NCBI GenBank assembly: GCA_963818475.1
Contig: CAWFSF010000006.1
Location: forward strand, 2,272,001-2,336,000
DNA from: Nitrospirota bacterium
Lineage (GTDB): Bacteria > Nitrospirota > UBA9217
Reading direction: 5' to 3'
Length of the DNA: 64,000 bases
Under the pieces are notes generated by a model, which searched no databases, was not told the origin of the DNA, and saw only the letters and a program-made list of their open reading frames with translations. The translations under genes and the position numbers were made by a program. Shown in pieces: positions 32,485 through 42,011 of the stretch. Each line of letters begins with the position of its first letter. Position 1 is the stretch's first letter.

Positions 32485-34293
32485 CTAATCGATCGACCAG
32501 AACCGGCACGCCTTGATGCAGGATTTGCACTTGGTGCACTTTTCAGGATCGATGTATGCAACCTGGCCTTTTTCCCACTTGAGCGCGCCGGTCGGGCAGG
32601 CCTTGAAGCACTGGCCGCACTTCTTGCATTTTGACTGATCTACCACAAACTTGACGAGCGGCGTGCAGACCCTGGCCGGGCAGCGATGCTCCTTGATATG
32701 CGCCTCGTACTCGTCGCGGAAATACTTGATCGTGGTAAGCACGGGGTTGGGCGAGGTCTGACCGAGACCGCACAGCGAGGTGTCCTTGATCTGCTGGGAA
32801 AGATCGAGCAGCAGTTCGATATCGCCTTCACGACCCTCGCCGTTCGTAATGCGCTGCAGAATGGTGAGCAGCGTTTTGTTCCCGATCCGGCAGGGCACGC
32901 ACTTGCCGCAGGACTCGTCCTCGGTGAACTCAAGGAAGAACTTGGCCATGGCCGGCATACAGGTGGTCTCGTCCATCACCACCATGCCGCCTGAGCCCAT
33001 GATCGCACCGGTCTTGTTGATATTCTCGAAGTCCACGGGCGTATCGATGAGCGAACCGGGTATGCAGCCTCCCGACGGGCCGCCCATCTGCACTGCCTTG
33101 AACTTGCGGTTGTTCTTGATACCGCCGCCGATATCATAAATGATGGTCTTGAGCGGCGTGCCCATGGGCACTTCGACAAGCCCGATATTGTTCAAGGCTC
33201 CGGAGAGCGCGAACACCTTGGTGCCTTTGCTCTTCTCGGTCCCCAGGCTCGCGAACCAGTCCGCTCCGTGCAGAATGATCGGCGGTATGTTCGCAAAGGT
33301 CTCGACGTTGTTCAACACCGATGGGCGCTGCCACAAGCCTTTGACGGCCGGGAACGGCGGCTTGGCCCGCGGCATGCCGCGCTTGCCTTCGATCGACGCC
33401 ATGAGCGCCGTTTCTTCTCCGCAGACAAAAGCGCCGGCGCCCTGGTAGATCTCAATATCGAGGTCGAAACCCGTGCCGAGGATGTCCTTACCCAAGAGGC
33501 CGTGGTCCTTGGCCGATTCGATGGCAAGTTGGAGCCGTTGCACTGCCAAGGGATATTCAGCCCTTACATAGATGTACCCGTAATGGGCGTTGATCGCCTT
33601 CGCGGCAATGATCATGCCTTCGAGCACGGAGTGGGGGTCCGCCTCCATGACGCTGCGGTCCATGAACGCGCCCGGGTCACCCTCGTCTCCGTTGCACAGA
33701 ATGTACTTGATATCACCCGAAACACGGGCGCAAAGCTCCCATTTGAGGCCCGTCAAAAAGCCGGCTCCGCCCCTGCCGCGAAGTCCCGATTTCTTCATTT
33801 CGACGACGATCTGCTCCGGCGTCATTTCCGTGAGCGCCTTGGCCGCAGCCATGTAGCCGTCGCGGGCGATGTATTCCTCGATCTTCTCGGCGTCGATGAG
33901 GCTCCGGTTCCTGAGCGCCCGGAGAACCTGGTGCTTGAAGAAGGGGATCTCGTTCATCACCGGGATCGTGTTCTTTTCCGCCGGCGGCGTGTACAGGAAC
34001 TTCTGGACCGGCCGGCCCTTGATGAAATGCTCCTCCACGAGATGCGGCACATCCTCGGGCTTCACCAGCTGATAGAAGATGTCCTCGGGGTAGACCACCA
34101 TCACCGGGCCCTTGGCGCAGAACCCGTTGCACCCGGTCAGCACGATCTTGACCTCCTTCTGGAGGTTACGCTTGATGAGTTCGGTCTCGAGCGCGTCCTT
34201 GACCTTAAGGGATCCGTTTGCAACGCAGCCGGTGCCTGCGCAGATCATTATGTTCGAACGGTATGCAGTCGTTTCCACGATATTACCCCGCAC
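32485..34293 (-). CDS. nuoF: Long NuoF of the HydB/HndC/BfuB type
   Basis: N-terminal CAGTGC...GCNGFC; GLRGRGGAGF; DEGDPGAFMDR; GGPSG; SCGKCVPCR; C-terminal 2x[4Fe-4S]. Confidence 0.92.
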   Translation of the reverse strand: MRGNIVETTAYRSNIMICAGTGCVANGSLKVKDALETELIKRNLQKEVKIVLTGCNGFCAKGPVMVVYPEDIFYQLVKPEDVPHLVEEHFIKGRPVQKFLYTPPAEKNTIPVMNEIPFFKHQVLRALRNRSLIDAEKIEEYIARDGYMAAAKALTEMTPEQIVVEMKKSGLRGRGGAGFLTGLKWELCARVSGDIKYILCNGDEGDPGAFMDRSVMEADPHSVLEGMIIAAKAINAHYGYIYVRAEYPLAVQRLQLAIESAKDHGLLGKDILGTGFDLDIEIYQGAGAFVCGEETALMASIEGKRGMPRAKPPFPAVKGLWQRPSVLNNVETFANIPPIILHGADWFASLGTEKSKGTKVFALSGALNNIGLVEVPMGTPLKTIIYDIGGGIKNNRKFKAVQMGGPSGGCIPGSLIDTPVDFENINKTGAIMGSGGMVVMDETTCMPAMAKFFLEFTEDESCGKCVPCRIGNKTLLTILQRITNGEGREGDIELLLDLSQQIKDTSLCGLGQTSPNPVLTTIKYFRDEYEAHIKEHRCPARVCTPLVKFVVDQSKCKKCGQCFKACPTGALKWEKGQVAYIDPEKCTKCKSCIKACRFWSID

Positions 34294-34357
34294 ATGAATT
34301 GTAGGTTCTGTTCTTAGTTACCTGCTCGCTCCTGGTTGTCGAGCGTTTTTTACCTGA

Positions 34358-34735
34358 CTAATAGGTCGTTTCGTGCCCGGCAACCAGGGCGTATTCTTTG
34401 ACCGGCCGGCCCGCAACGACATGCTCGGCGAAGATCTTGCGCATCTTTTCTTCCGTCAGAGCAGTATATTTTATCGGCGGCTCCCCGGTGGTCTCGATGG
34501 TGGTCATCGGTTCCTGGCTGCACAGGCCCGCGCAGCCCGAGGTCGTGATCGCCACGTCCTTCAGATTGGACTTGGCAAGCTCTTCCATGATGGTGTTCAT
34601 GATGCCCCGGGCGCCCGCAGCAATCCCGCAGGTCCCCATATGCACCGTGATCTTGACCCTGAACCCACCCTCGCGAAGCCCTTGATGGTAGTCTTCCTTG
34701 ATCTTTTTTAAATCAGCGATCGTCAGCTTTGCCAT
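34358..34735 (-). CDS. Thioredoxin-like [2Fe-2S] ferredoxin (HndB/HydD type)
   Basis: VHMGTCGIAAGA, TSGCAGLCSQEP, EHVVAGRPV. Confidence 0.88.
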   Translation of the reverse strand: MAKLTIADLKKIKEDYHQGLREGGFRVKITVHMGTCGIAAGARGIMNTIMEELAKSNLKDVAITTSGCAGLCSQEPMTTIETTGEPPIKYTALTEEKMRKIFAEHVVAGRPVKEYALVAGHETTY

Positions 34736-34750
34736 ATACCCCCCATAGGG

Positions 34751-34835
34751 GAAATCCTAAATTCGAATACCGAAATACTAAACGTTTCAGTTGTTTCGAT
34801 ATTATTTAGAATTTCGTATTTCGCATTTCGAAATT
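34751..34835. repeat. CGAAAT / ATTTCG heptamer imperfect palindrome
   Basis: gaaat cctaaat tcgaata ccgaaat...aatttcg tatttcg catttcg. Confidence 0.7.
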
Positions 34836-34838
34836 GCC

Positions 34839-35348
34839 CTAGTCGTATTTCTTAATAATGTCCATTACCTTCGTGGCCGCCACATCGCCGTAGGTGTCCT
34901 GCCCGATGACCACAACCGGTGCGAGGCCGCATGCGCCGAGGCACCGCACTGCCTCGAGGGAATACTTCTTGTCCCGGGTGATCTCGCCGACTTCGAGGTC
35001 CAGTTCAGCCTTGATCTTTTCGATGATCTCCTCGCTTCGTTTCACGTAGCAGGCGGTCCCGAGGCAGACCCGGATCACGTGCTTGCCGCGCGGGACCAGG
35101 GTGAAGTAGGAATAGAAGGTGGCCACGCCGAAGACCACGCTGGGAGACATGTTCATGCCTTTCGCGATATAGCGCTGCACGATATGCGGGAGATACCCGC
35201 AGATCTCCTGCGCCTGCTGCAGTACGGGAATCAGCGAACCGGGCTTGTCCTTGTACTTTTCAATGATCACGTCGATCTTCCGGTACATCTCGGGCAAGAT
35301 GACCTCATTGTTTGTGGCAGTATGTTCTGCTGCTTCTGTACTCATCAT
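34839..35348 (-). CDS. nuoE: NuoE/HydC/HndA [2Fe-2S] subunit
   Basis: LIPVLQQAQ, GVATFY, VCLGTACYV, RCLGACGLAPV. Confidence 0.92.
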   Translation of the reverse strand: MMSTEAAEHTATNNEVILPEMYRKIDVIIEKYKDKPGSLIPVLQQAQEICGYLPHIVQRYIAKGMNMSPSVVFGVATFYSYFTLVPRGKHVIRVCLGTACYVKRSEEIIEKIKAELDLEVGEITRDKKYSLEAVRCLGACGLAPVVVIGQDTYGDVAATKVMDIIKKYD

Positions 35349-35381
35349 TAACCTCTTCGACTCACCTGATGAATTTTTCTT

Positions 35382-35912
35382 TCAGATCCTCATACCGTGC
35401 TGCAGCATGCCCCTGAGTGCTTCGAATACCGCCGGGCTGTTGATCGGCACATCGTCGAGCTCGTTCTTTATCTCCCGGGTGTCAAGCCGGAAGACCTCAC
35501 CGTCCACGCGTTCTTCGTAGACCATATCCAGCTCAGGATGGCCCGCAATGATCGTCAGCAGGGTATCTGCCATGGCGCCCATCTTGGGCCGGTCAATGTT
35601 GCTCCACTGGAACGTGACCGTTACCCGGGTGCCGCTGTTCGGCGCTGAGTCGATCGTCAGGCCGCCGCCTGCCTGCTCCGCTGCCTGGGCCAGAAGCGGA
35701 ATTCCGAGACCTGTTTTCTTATGTTTCGTCGAAAAAAAAGGGTTCCGGACCCTTGCCAGCGTCTCGGCATCCATCCCTCTTCCGTTATCAATCACCAGTA
35801 TCTGCAGAAGGTCCTGAGCACTGTCCCTGTTGGCCAGTATTTCAATTCTTGTCGCGCCAGCCCGAAGCGAGTTCTCTGCAATATCGAGGATATGGAGCGA
35901 AATTTCTTCCAT
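35382..35912 (-). CDS. Stand-alone HATPase_c (histidine-kinase-like ATPase)
   Basis: MEEISLHILDIAENS, DNGRGM, PFFSTK, GLGIPLL, NIDRPKMG. Confidence 0.85.
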   Translation of the reverse strand: MEEISLHILDIAENSLRAGATRIEILANRDSAQDLLQILVIDNGRGMDAETLARVRNPFFSTKHKKTGLGIPLLAQAAEQAGGGLTIDSAPNSGTRVTVTFQWSNIDRPKMGAMADTLLTIIAGHPELDMVYEERVDGEVFRLDTREIKNELDDVPINSPAVFEALRGMLQHGMRI

Positions 35913-35916
35913 TACC

Positions 35917-36663
35917 TCAGTACTCAGCCTTCCTGCCATCTTTTCCGGCAAGGGCCTTTTTGATCTCGGCAACCGTGCCCTCTTCCAGCAAAAAGGATGT
36001 AAACCGCTTCCCCATATCTGCAGGGCTGTGAGCATCCGAACTCGTGACCATTGGATACTTCGCGCAATCAGGGAATCGTTTTCGAGCCTCGACAATGTTC
36101 GAGTTTGCCGATACCTCCACCGCATCCAGAACCAGCGTATCAGGGATGAACCCAAGCTGTCCGATAATGCTGAAGGATTCCCGGTCAACATGAGCAGCTA
36201 TTACAAGGCTGTCACCCTTTGCCGCCCGGGCTTTAGCAACGATCGCTTCTGCGGGCAGCGATGTAGCTCCGATCAGAAGCCGCTCACAAAAGCCGGTTAC
36301 TCCATCCTCGTCGTCAGCGATCACCTGCAGTCCAAAGGAGTGACCGTCATTTTTTCCGGCAAGGTGTTGGTAAACAAACTTCTGGAAATCCAGGAGATCG
36401 TCGTCATCATCAAAGAACACCAGGATGTGCGCTTCCTCGGAAGAAGTGACTTCCATCCCGCCGAGAACAATCAACCCGTTGCGGAGCCCGGCTTTTTTCA
36501 CGGCAATGACGTTTTCAGCCGAGTTATGGTCACACACACCGATCAGGTCGATCCCCTTCTCGATGGCAGCGCTCACGACCTCCCTCGGTGACATGTCAAG
36601 ACCGGAGCAGGGAGACAGGCAGGTGTGTACATGAAGATCGGCCTTAAAGCGCCTCAGCGCCAC
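35917..36663 (-). CDS. PHP-domain phosphoesterase
   Basis: DLHVHTCLSPC, CDHNS, AAHVDR, SSDAH. Confidence 0.9.
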   Translation of the reverse strand: MALRRFKADLHVHTCLSPCSGLDMSPREVVSAAIEKGIDLIGVCDHNSAENVIAVKKAGLRNGLIVLGGMEVTSSEEAHILVFFDDDDDLLDFQKFVYQHLAGKNDGHSFGLQVIADDEDGVTGFCERLLIGATSLPAEAIVAKARAAKGDSLVIAAHVDRESFSIIGQLGFIPDTLVLDAVEVSANSNIVEARKRFPDCAKYPMVTSSDAHSPADMGKRFTSFLLEEGTVAEIKKALAGKDGRKAEY

Positions 36664-36994
36664 GGATACCTGCCTTATACAATCTGCCCACCAGTTCGAA
36701 CGCCGAAAGGTTGCTCACCATGATCGGAATGCCTTCTACCTCGGCCTTGGCGATCGTATCCTGGTCCGGGACCCTGCCCTGTATCAGAATGATGCCCGAC
36801 AGCCCCGTATGTGCTGCCACGGCCACAATGTTGTGGTGGATATGGAGCGTGACCCATAGGTTCCCGTCCTCGGCGTGGGCCAGGACGTCCGACAGGAGGT
36901 CGCTCACGTACCCGCCGGTCACCTCGTTATCAAGATGCCCTGCGCCGGTTTTGACGGTCAAGCCGAACTCCGCTACCAGGTCACGTAGTTTCAT
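36644..36994 (-). CDS. DRTGG-domain protein
   Basis: GGYVSDLLSDVL, LWVT..HHNIVAVA, SAFELVGRLY. Confidence 0.85.
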   Translation of the reverse strand: MKLRDLVAEFGLTVKTGAGHLDNEVTGGYVSDLLSDVLAHAEDGNLWVTLHIHHNIVAVAAHTGLSGIILIQGRVPDQDTIAKAEVEGIPIMVSNLSAFELVGRLYKAGIRGAEAL

Positions 36995-37004
36995 TGGTCT
37001 CCGG

Positions 37005-37961
37005 TCAACTCGTATAATAGAACTGCATGGTCAGATGAGTTCCCTCGGGCACCGATGATACGAGGTTCATCTCATCGGCGCATTTTTTCATGTTCGCCAG
37101 CCCCATGCCGGCGCCGAACCCTAATTCCCGCACCCAGTCCGGCGCTGTGGAAAAACCGGGCTGCAATGCTTTTTCGACATCGGGTATTCCGGGCCCGGTG
37201 TCGATCGCCTCCACCGTAACCCCCCACTTTTCCACCTGGGCACGGATCACACCGCCCTTGGTATATGAAGCGAGATTTATCTCTGCTTCGTACGTGGCAA
37301 CCCCGATCCTCCTGAGGAGAGGCGGGCAGACACCCAGTTTTTTGAGAGCATTCTTGAGTTCGCTCGCCGCCTTACCGGCGTCCTTCAGTGTCTGACCAAT
37401 AATATTGTATTTAAATGTGAAGCTGATTTCGTCCGCAGTCACATCCTCAAAGAACTTCCGCATGGTCGGACGCTGACGCGTCAGGGCAGCCTTTGATTCC
37501 GACTGCTCGTATTCGACCTCAAGTTTCTTCAACAGGCCTTCGACAATACTCCCCTTCGTGACGATGCCGACCAGCTCATTGTCCCGGTTCAAAACGGGGT
37601 ACCGCCGGTAACCGAATTTGGAGAACTTTGCTATGCAGTGAACAAGCAATTCATCAGCATAGAGACACTCAACCTTTGTTTTCATTCTCTCCCGGATGGG
37701 AGCATTGATCGCGTTGTCGGTCAGTGCGTTGATCAGATCTTCTATGCTGATCATGCCGACGAGCTTTCCATTCTCCACAACCGGTGTGCCGGACAGCCGG
37801 TTGTCACGCAAGAGGATCCTGAGCTCCGACATGGTCTGCTCAGGCCCTACGGTGACCATCGTCGGGGGCATGACCTCGCCGACGGTAAGCTCGTAGACCA
37901 TCTCCTGGGTCTTGGTCAACCGGTCCAGTGTTCCCTGATCTTTACCTTGCGATGCAATCAC
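37005..37961 (-). CDS. CBS-pair fused to an RsbT-like (anti-sigma-type) Ser/Thr kinase
   Basis: Two CBS repeats (GTPVVENGKLVGMIS; RYPVLNRDNELVGIVT), then YEAEIN, DTGPGIPD, GFSTAPDWVRELGFGAGMGL. Confidence 0.88.
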   Translation of the reverse strand: MIASQGKDQGTLDRLTKTQEMVYELTVGEVMPPTMVTVGPEQTMSELRILLRDNRLSGTPVVENGKLVGMISIEDLINALTDNAINAPIRERMKTKVECLYADELLVHCIAKFSKFGYRRYPVLNRDNELVGIVTKGSIVEGLLKKLEVEYEQSESKAALTRQRPTMRKFFEDVTADEISFTFKYNIIGQTLKDAGKAASELKNALKKLGVCPPLLRRIGVATYEAEINLASYTKGGVIRAQVEKWGVTVEAIDTGPGIPDVEKALQPGFSTAPDWVRELGFGAGMGLANMKKCADEMNLVSSVPEGTHLTMQFYYTS

Positions 37962-37962
37962 G

Positions 37963-38319
37963 TTATTGCCGTTCGTCTACCCCTCTGAGCCCGCTCGTGT
38001 ACAAGATGCCGCAGGCCTCGAACATGGACAACCTCGTAATGAAGAGAGGAATCTCTTTTTGCTTTGCCAGTGCCACGGTTTCCGCTTCAGGTCGCTTCCC
38101 GCGCACTACACAAACCGCTTTGATATCGGCGATATCAGCGGTCCGTACTGCCTGGGGGTTCGTGATCCCCGTGATCAGAATGCCATTCGCGTGCATACGA
38201 CCGAGCACATCGCTCATAAGATCGGCGCTGAAACAGCTATCCACTTCAATTTCGCTTATAAGGCCGCTCCCGGCAAGGACCTCAGCGTTCAAAAGCGTGA
38301 CGATCTCTTTCAAATTCAT
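37963..38319 (-). CDS. DRTGG-domain protein
   Basis: ADLMSDVL, ITGITNPQAVRTA, VRGKRP, SMFEACGILY. Confidence 0.85.
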   Translation of the reverse strand: MNLKEIVTLLNAEVLAGSGLISEIEVDSCFSADLMSDVLGRMHANGILITGITNPQAVRTADIADIKAVCVVRGKRPEAETVALAKQKEIPLFITRLSMFEACGILYTSGLRGVDERQ

Positions 38320-38337
38320 GCCGCGTTCCTCAGCCAC

Positions 38338-39537
38338 TTACCGGTCAACCTCACCCAGCACGATGTCGATGGTCCCGATGCATGAGATAACATCGGCCAC
38401 CATATGGCCGGTCACCATCTTCGAAAGGGCGCTCACGTGCACATACGAGGGGGCGCGGATCTTGATGCGGTAGGGCCGGCCGCTGCCGTCGCTTACTATA
38501 TAGAACCCGAGTTCGCCCTTCGGCGCCTCGGTCGCCACGTAGACCTCGCCCTTGGGCATGGGGACCCACTTGCTCATGAGCACGAACTGGTGGGCCAGCG
38601 ATTCCATGTTTTTCATGACGTTCATTTTCTCGGGAATGGCGTACCGCGGGTCCGGGGTCACCACCGGACCGGGCGGCATCATATCGAGGCACTGTTTGAT
38701 GATCCGGTTGCTCTGGCGCATCTCATTGATGCGCACGATGTACCGGTCGTAGACATCGCCGTTCTTTCCGAGCGGCACGTCGAAATCAACCTTATCGTAG
38801 GCCGCATAGGGTTCGACCTTGCGCAGATCGTAGTTCACGCCGGAACCGCGGAGCGTACCGCCCGTCAGGCCGTAGTTGACCGCATCCTTGGCCGAGAACA
38901 CGCCAATGCCCACGGTGCGCTGGAGCCAGATGCGATTTTGCCGGATCAGCGTATCGTACTCTTCAAGCCGTTTGGGGAAGATCTCGGTGAATTCACGGCA
39001 CTTATCAATGAAATCACGCGGTATATCGTTGCGTACGCCGCCGATGCGAACATAGCTCACGGTCTGGCGTGCTCCCGTCACCATCTCGGTAAGGTCGAGG
39101 ATAAGCTCCCGTTCCCGCAGCGTATACATGCAGACCGTCATGGCACCGATGTCAAGGGCATGGGTGCCAAGCCACACCAGATGGCCCGAAAGCCGCGTCA
39201 GCTCCGCCATCAGCGTTCTGATGAACTGCGCCCGCTCCGGGACCTCGATGTTGGCAAGCTTCTCGACGGCAACCACGTACCCGAGGTTATTGTTCATGCA
39301 GGTGATATATTCCAGCCGGTCAGTCATGGGGATGATCTGATGGTAGGTCCTGCTCTCCATCCACTTTTCGATCCCGCGGTGGAGATACCCGGGGCGGGCG
39401 TCGCAGCCTACCACGGTCTCGCCCTGCAGGTCGAGCACCAGGCGCAGCACGCCGTGGGTGGCCGGATGCTGCGGCCCCATGTTGAGCGTTATTTCTTTCT
39501 GGACTATTTCTTTTTCTGTCGTCTCTGTCGCTGACAT
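38338..39537 (-). CDS. nuoD: Subunit D
   Basis: NMGPQHPATHGVLRL, GYLHRGIEK, DRLEY, EAPKGELG, DIVLGEVDR; no Ni-binding CxxC. Confidence 0.95.
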   Translation of the reverse strand: MSATETTEKEIVQKEITLNMGPQHPATHGVLRLVLDLQGETVVGCDARPGYLHRGIEKWMESRTYHQIIPMTDRLEYITCMNNNLGYVVAVEKLANIEVPERAQFIRTLMAELTRLSGHLVWLGTHALDIGAMTVCMYTLRERELILDLTEMVTGARQTVSYVRIGGVRNDIPRDFIDKCREFTEIFPKRLEEYDTLIRQNRIWLQRTVGIGVFSAKDAVNYGLTGGTLRGSGVNYDLRKVEPYAAYDKVDFDVPLGKNGDVYDRYIVRINEMRQSNRIIKQCLDMMPPGPVVTPDPRYAIPEKMNVMKNMESLAHQFVLMSKWVPMPKGEVYVATEAPKGELGFYIVSDGSGRPYRIKIRAPSYVHVSALSKMVTGHMVADVISCIGTIDIVLGEVDR

Positions 39538-39553
39538 AGTGTCACCATCTGAT

Positions 39554-39684
39554 AAAATTCCAATTTTCAAATCCCAAATCTCAAATACTATCCAAATTTA
39601 AAATTCCAATTTTCAAAGTGTTTGTATTTTGATGCTTGCAATTTGGAATGTATTTGTCATTTGGTGCTTGAAGTTTGGTGCTTG
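39554..39684. repeat. AT-rich heptamer-based imperfect palindrome (family B)
   Basis: aaattccaa ttttcaa atcccaaatctcaaata...ttggaatgtatttgtcatttggtgcttg. Confidence 0.75.
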
Positions 39685-39690
39685 TCGTTA

Positions 39691-40161
39691 TCAGTATCCT
39701 TTCAGCGGATATTCCTTCCGGAGCGGATGCCCTTCCCAGTCCTCGGGCAGCAGGATCCGGCGAAGGTCGGGATGGCCGTCGAACTTGATCCCCATGAGAT
39801 CGAAGGTCTCGCGTTCGTGCCAGTTGGCTGTTTGCCAGACCGACGACACCGTGTCGATCCGCGGGTCCTCTTCCGGCACACGCACCTTCAAACGGATGCG
39901 GTGGCGGTACTCGATAGAGATAAGGTTATAAACGACTTCGAAGCGGAGACCGGTGTCACCCGGATAGGTCGAGTAATCGACGGCCGTCAGGTCGGCCAAG
40001 TGGTCCATCTGGAGGGAGGGTTCATCTTTGAGGTACAGACAGATGTCCCGGATCCTGTCTTTTTTGACCATGATCGAGACCTGACCTGCAAAGGTCGTCG
40101 TATCCAGGACCTGACCGGCGAATTTTTCTTCTACCATCTTAGCGATCTGTAAGGGATCCAT
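39691..40161 (-). CDS. nuoC: Subunit C
   Basis: ANWHERETFDLMGIKFDGHPDLRRILLPEDWEGHPLRKEYP. Confidence 0.95.
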   Translation of the reverse strand: MDPLQIAKMVEEKFAGQVLDTTTFAGQVSIMVKKDRIRDICLYLKDEPSLQMDHLADLTAVDYSTYPGDTGLRFEVVYNLISIEYRHRIRLKVRVPEEDPRIDTVSSVWQTANWHERETFDLMGIKFDGHPDLRRILLPEDWEGHPLRKEYPLKGY

Positions 40162-40231
40162 ACAACCTCGTCACGGTCCGCACCGCGCAAAAGGTCCGCG
40201 GTGCTCGGTTTCGATCAGGATATTTGGTGTA

Positions 40232-40711
40232 TTACTTCCGGATATAGTGCTCTTTCTTGATCTTCTCTTGCAGTTTGATGATGCCGTTCATCAGGGCCTC
40301 AGGACGCGGCGGGCAGCCCGGTATGTAGACGTCAACGGGAATGATATTGTCAACGCCCTGCACCACGGCGTAGGTATTAAAGATGCCGCCGGAACCGGCG
40401 CAGCTTCCCATGGCGATGACATACCGCGGTTCGGGCATCTGGTCATAGACGCGGCGCACGATGGGTGCCATCTTTTTCGAAAGCGTACCGGCTACCAGGA
40501 GCAGGTCGGACTGCCGGGGAGACGGACGGGGTACGGTGCCGAAGCGGTCGAAGTCGTGCTGGGGAGCGGAATAATACTGGATCATTTCAATGGCGCAGCA
40601 GGCGAGGCCGAACGTCATGGGCCAGATGGAGCTTGCACGGCAGTAATTGAGAAAACCATCGACGGTGGTCGTGATATACCCGTCCTCAAAAAGATTCTGG
40701 ACTACTCCCAT
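40232..40711 (-). CDS. nuoB: Subunit B
   Basis: [34 protein letters not shown]. Confidence 0.95.
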   Translation of the reverse strand: MGVVQNLFEDGYITTTVDGFLNYCRASSIWPMTFGLACCAIEMIQYYSAPQHDFDRFGTVPRPSPRQSDLLLVAGTLSKKMAPIVRRVYDQMPEPRYVIAMGSCAGSGGIFNTYAVVQGVDNIIPVDVYIPGCPPRPEALMNGIIKLQEKIKKEHYIRK

Positions 40712-41076
40712 TCGAGCGCCCCTTTCTTCCACGCGTAGAAATACCCGACAAGCAGGATGATGATGAAGATCACCATCTCCACAAAGCCGTAGAGACCGAT
40801 CTGGTTGTACGACACTGCCCAGGGATAGAGGAATACGGCTTCAATATCGAAGATAAGGAACAGCATGGCGATGATGTAGTAACGGATGGAGAACTTCTGA
40901 TTGGCGTCCATGAAGGGAGTGATGCCGGACTCGTAGGTCAGCAGCTTTTCGGGATAGGGGTTCCGCGGACGGATGAACCATCCGGCAACCAGCATGCCGA
41001 CGCCGACAGCAGTACCGAGCAACAGGAATATTGCTACGGGCAAAAAGTGTTCTGGAAGATAGGTACTTGGTGTCAT
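40702..41076 (-). CDS. nuoA: Subunit A
   Basis: [28 protein letters not shown]. Confidence 0.95.
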   Translation of the reverse strand: MTPSTYLPEHFLPVAIFLLLGTAVGVGMLVAGWFIRPRNPYPEKLLTYESGITPFMDANQKFSIRYYIIAMLFLIFDIEAVFLYPWAVSYNQIGLYGFVEMVIFIIILLVGYFYAWKKGALEWE

Positions 41077-41131
41077 ACACTAAACTCCCTGCTATTAAAT
41101 TTTAAATTAACACAACTTCTGAAACTTGTGC

Positions 41132-41160
41132 ATAGTAAGCCAAGCAAAATATTTTGTCAA
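41132..41160 (-). promoter_or_regulatory. Sigma70 promoter of the nuo operon
   Basis: TTGACA-17 bp-TACTAT. Confidence 0.7.
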
Positions 41161-41296
41161 GCAAAACATTATGACGAATTAACAGCGTTCTTTCCCGGTA
41201 AACCACAGTTATAAAACGAAGCGCACTGCTGAATCCTTATGCCCTTGATTTCCGTCGCGTGATGCCGTAAAATGGCGGCGCACTGGGGAGGTCGTC

Positions 41297-41926
41297 ATGG
41301 ATCCATATTCAAAAGAACAGCTCTTGTCCTTCTATAATATGCACCTGAAGAAATTCGGCGACCGGCCCGAGGCGCTCCGCTGGACGCCGCAGGGCCAGCT
41401 CAAGCGCTATCACATGCTTGCCGATATCGCGCCGGCCGCGGAGCTGAACAACAGCACGGTCCTCGACTACGGATGCGGGACTGGGGATTTTTACCGGTTC
41501 TTAAAGCGGCGGGGCATCAAGGTAAAATATACGGGCGTGGACATCAACGAGAATTTCATCAGTCTGGCGCAGAAGAAGTACCCCGAATGCACGTTCAAGG
41601 TCATGAACGCCGATGATGACGAATTCGAAGGATTCTATGATTACATCTTTATCTGCGGCGTGTTCAACCTGAACGTGCCGGGCGTCAACGACGACCTGAA
41701 GAACGCCCTGGTCACGCTCTTCAAACACTGCAACAAGGGGCTCGTCCTGAGCGCCCTCTCCTCGCACACGCCCATCAGGGACCCCGAGCTCCACTTCACG
41801 TCCCCGGAAGAGATGGTCAAATTCGCGCTGGAGAACCTTTCGCCCTCCATCGCACTGCGTCACGACCGAATCCAGTACGATTTCATGCTTTACGTCTATA
41901 CGGCATATAACGAAGTAACGATCTAG
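41297..41926 (+). CDS. Class I SAM-dependent methyltransferase
   Basis: VLDYGCGTG, YTGVDIN, YDYIFICGVFN. Confidence 0.88.
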   Translation: MDPYSKEQLLSFYNMHLKKFGDRPEALRWTPQGQLKRYHMLADIAPAAELNNSTVLDYGCGTGDFYRFLKRRGIKVKYTGVDINENFISLAQKKYPECTFKVMNADDDEFEGFYDYIFICGVFNLNVPGVNDDLKNALVTLFKHCNKGLVLSALSSHTPIRDPELHFTSPEEMVKFALENLSPSIALRHDRIQYDFMLYVYTAYNEVTI

Positions 41927-42011
41927 CCGAATTAGAAATTAAAAAAGGCTGGGTATACCAACATGCCCATCCTTCCTGAAATGACCGAATAAGGAATAAC
42001 CATCCGCTGCC

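Noticed and set aside
38338-40711. Possible group 4 [NiFe]-hydrogenase rather than complex I
   Set aside because: The large subunit lacks both Ni-binding CxxC motifs and ends in the NuoD-type GEVDR
41108-41145. Possible Rex operator at the nuo promoter
   Set aside because: TTGTGCATAGTAAGCCAA matches only one half-site well, and the CACAA...TTGTG dyad is in the wrong order
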